From contig OZ024749.1 in NCBI GenBank assembly GCA_964016885.1, positions 15,500,001 through 15,564,000 of the forward strand: DNA of 64,000 bases, written 5' to 3'. The position numbers and the translations under genes are program-made. The notes under the pieces are model-generated. The model had not been told where the DNA came from, made no database searches, and saw nothing but the letters and a program-made list of their open reading frames with translations. This DNA is from Eledone cirrhosa. Its lineage: Eukaryota. Shown here piece after piece: positions 59,870 to 64,000 of this stretch; positions within the stretch are counted from its first letter, which is position 1, and each line of letters starts with the position of its first letter.

Positions 59870-60060
59870 GGAAGTACGGCATAATCGAAGCTCTGGTTGC
59901 AGCTAAGCTAACGAATGTAATCGGAATGTGCAGCTAAGCACTCAATAAGGTATTTTACCTTAGAGTAATATCATATTACGTTTAGACAGCTTTGCAAATT
60001 GAAGATTGCGACCAATAAGCCATCCGCAGGGACCAAAGCAACGAGAAAACTAACTCAGGA

Positions 60061-60116
<56 letters not shown>

Positions 60117-60117
<1 letters not shown>

Positions 60118-60306
60118 CGAAGGAGGTATGGTAAGGACCCAGATGGACTATAACGCACCAGAGTACTCAATACTTACGGTAGTAGAGTTGGTAATAGGAA
60201 AAAGTATGATCCCGACGGCAGAGTTCAAGCCGTTTCGACGGCTATTTCTGTCCAGAAATAGCCGTCGAAACGGCTTGAGTTCTGCCGTCAGGGTCATACT
60301 TTTTCC
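60117..60306. mobile_element. Family D fragment with a ~54-bp-arm palindrome (60197-60306)
   Basis: TTTCGACGGCTATTTCTG-tc-CAGAAATAGCCGTCGAAA at the axis. Confidence 0.65.
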
Positions 60307-60536
60307 AATATATATATATATAGGCTTAAAAATAAGAAGAACGGAAGAAGTTTTCCTCATCAGTTGTCTGCTGGGGATCTCGGATATTATATATATATAT
60401 AACATTAAGAAAGATGCTGATGTTACACAAATCGTTTATTCATTATAATTATTTCTCCCATGCAATCAAGATGTAATTCATGCATTTGTTGTTGTTATGG
60501 TAACGCTATCCTCAAATGAAATTCAATTTTGTGATA

Positions 60537-61230
<694 letters not shown>

Positions 61231-61254
61231 GTAATAAACAACATAAGATAATTA

Positions 61255-61315
61255 TTTCATTTACCAGTGGTTTCTTGAAAGCAAACAAAATTTGCTTTCA
61301 GTCATCAGAATGAAA
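61255..61315 (-). ncRNA. Type I hammerhead ribozyme (family F)
   Basis: TTTCATT-CTGATGA-C TGAAAGCAAA..TTTGCTTTCA A-GAAA-CC ACT GG-TA^-AATGAAA. Confidence 0.8.
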
Positions 61316-61463
61316 AAATCCTGGTGTATTTATTGACAGTGGATTTTAAAAACAAAAATATAATCTATATGAAAGTGAGGCTGGAAAAGGAAGAAGGAAA
61401 GGAAAAAGAATAAATATAAAAGTAGATAAACACACATGCACACACACACATATACATACGCAC

Positions 61464-61501
<38 letters not shown>

Positions 61502-61502
<1 letters not shown>

Positions 61503-62218
61503 CTACCCTCAAAATTCTTTCGATTAGTTAGAAAACACTTTCCAACATCACATAAATATAATAAAATCTTAAACCCTAACACCATTCGACTTTCATATTC
61601 AACCGCCCCTAATATTGAACAACATATAAAAAAGCTTAACGCAAAACGGTTGTATAAACGCCTTCCAACACATAACAATACACGTAAAACATTAGCTATA
61701 ACATCACAAAACAACAAACAACATCCTGTCCTACATAAGCAACCTCATCAACCCATCCATGGCAATACAACAACGCAAAATTGTAATTGTAACTGTATCC
61801 AACCAGGAATGTGTCCGTTGAACAATCAGTGTCTTGAACGCAACATCGTATACAAATGTACTATCGAATCGGATAGACAGAAGTGGTACTATGTGGGATC
61901 TACAGCCACCTCCTTCAAATCACGCCTTTATAGACATCGTTATTCGATAAAACATGAAAACCAGCGTTATGTAACAACACTCGCAGACAAGGCTTGGCAG
62001 CTGCGTGAAAATAACCAACAATTTCACCTAAAATGGGATATAATAGTGATGCCCCCCCATATTCCAATGGACAGGAATTTTGTAAATTATGTAATGTAGA
62101 ATTATTTTGTATTATGAAATCCAAAAAGATTTTATTAAACAACAGAATAGAGCGATCGTTATACTGTAACCATCGCCTAAAATCTACATTTTCATATTAT
62201 AAATACTACCAGGATTGA
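61502..62218 (+). pseudogene. 5'-truncated, frameshifted Penelope ORF end (linker + GIY-YIG)
   Basis: KHFPTSHKY..ILNPNTIRLSYST, CNCIQPGMCPLNNQCL, IVYKC..YYVGSTATSFKSRLYRH, CKLC; homologous to 46943-48691. Confidence 0.88.
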
Positions 62219-62960
62219 ACGCCTGTCTCTATCCCCGTTTGATTGTCAAAATAGATATGAACATTCTTTATTAGTCTTAATTCTATCAACTCTTCTATTA
62301 TTTACCTTTTAATACAAACTGCTATAGATAAAATGAGATTTCTGATTTCTTGATTCAATTCCCTAGTGCATATACCAGCTGGCTACTAGCTTTGATGTTA
62401 TTTAGTAGCAATCGAAATCTCCCCCTTCCCCAATTGACACTTTATAATTAATACTACTACACCAAATGACCAGCCCTGTCCACTGTCCAGTTGGTCAAGT
62501 AGAGATTAAAATTGGCACTCCCAAAATTCTTATTTAGATTTACTCATGGTATTCTCATTAAAAACCCATTATATACTTGTCTAGCAGTAAATTATTTTAC
62601 CATCTGTCATATTCTATCCCCTCTGTTCCTTCCTCTTTTACTAATATAAATACTTCAATTTTTCTGATTTTATCCAGTTTATCCAAAATCTCTGAAGAAG
62701 TGACAACTGATTATACATTTGCTTTCGAATACTTGCTAACATTATATGATTACGCAAGCAGCGATACATAGGTATTCGGTCTGTTACAGAAACATATGTC
62801 AATACCTAATAAATTCCTTTTTTAACAAAAGCACTTTCATTTTATATTCATCCTTTCTACATTTCTCCGGAATATAATTTATACTCGTTGAGCAAACCTG
62901 CACGTACGCTGTTCATCTCTAACGTAACGATATATTATCACTACATTATTATAACCTGAA

Positions 62961-63018
<58 letters not shown>

Positions 63019-63056
63019 CGACGGAATTACTTCATTTATATATATATATATATATA

Positions 63057-63344
63057 CAGGTTGGTCCCACAAAATGTATACACACCTTGATTACCTGTAC
63101 AGGTAATATTTATTAGAATGCTCCCAAAGCCTTTCCTCAAAATGTTTACATAATCTAAATAATTGTTTCTACTTTTGGCACAAGGCCAGCAATTATCCCA
63201 GGGTATTACTGGTACTTTATTTTATCGACCCAGGAAGGATGAAGGGCAAAGTTAACCTCGGCGGGATTTGAATGCATATAAAACAGAGTTTATTTTAATG
63301 CAATTTTTAAAGATTTTTTTGTGTTTACATTTTTTGGGACACTG
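63057..63344. mobile_element. Tc1/mariner-type MITE at TA, containing a nested SINE S1 fragment (63161-63272, minus)
   Basis: TA|CAGGTTGGTCCCACAAAATGTATACACA versus TGTGTTTACATTTTTTGGGACACTG|TA. Confidence 0.6.
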
Positions 63345-63409
<65 letters not shown>

Positions 63410-64000
63410 GAATCGCCGGAATTTGGTTGTTATTTCTAACAGGTCAAGCGACCGCATAGATCAATGGTTCACTTCACCACCACCACCATACACCCCCCTG
63501 CCCCTATACACCACCATAGTTTTCACTACCACAGAAAAGACCATTTAATTCAATTTAATTTTCCCACGCCATGCCCCAACCCCTACTATAATTATACTGC
63601 CCCCTCTCTTCTCTATTAAACTGTTATAGGGCGAGATAAGATTAACGACTGAAGGAGAGAGAGAGAGAGAGACTTAGAGAGGGAGAGACTTAGAGAAGGC
63701 TGGCTAACCAATAGCGTATGTAATGGGTGTATTGTTTACATCAAACTACCTGTAATTTTTCACCTTACCTCACGTAATACCTTTGTGAACCTTACCCCCA
63801 GGGGCCCACAGACCCTATGTTAGGGACTGTTAGTATAGAGGCCCTCTTTCACGGCTTTGTTGCTATTGTAAATAGTGAGTGGTGGTGAAAGTGGAGACAG
63901 CAATAACCTGTAAGTCTCCCTCTCTCTCTATCCATCTCTTGCGCTATCCTAAATCAATCTCTTTCTCTCTCTATAGCTCTCTCCCTCCTTTCTCTATTTG

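Overview
This is an AT-rich, repeat-saturated animal genomic window with no recognisable host gene; the SINE types resemble those of Octopus (from recall, not a search). Bases 1-31.2 kb are a satellite with unit GACACAGTTGACAGATAGACATAC(AC)n, containing a ~3.14-kb internal tandem duplication. It is interrupted at a GATA motif by an apparently full-length, minus-strand Tx1/L1-clade retrotransposon (about 22092-27795). That element has an intact APE-RT-zinc-finger ORF2 lacking an upstream ATG, and an ORF1 split by a single in-frame TGA-CGG. Bases 31-41 kb hold Helitron and SINE fragments plus several minisatellites. Bases 41-64 kb are (TA)n tracts colonised by Penelope-like elements: one RT+GIY-YIG ORF and three GIY-YIG remnants. 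This region also has at least 8 minimal hammerhead ribozyme motifs from different families, long palindromes (two centred on the ribozyme stem II), tRNA-derived SINEs, a non-autonomous Helitron and two MITEs. Most ORFs in the supplied track are microsatellite artefacts.
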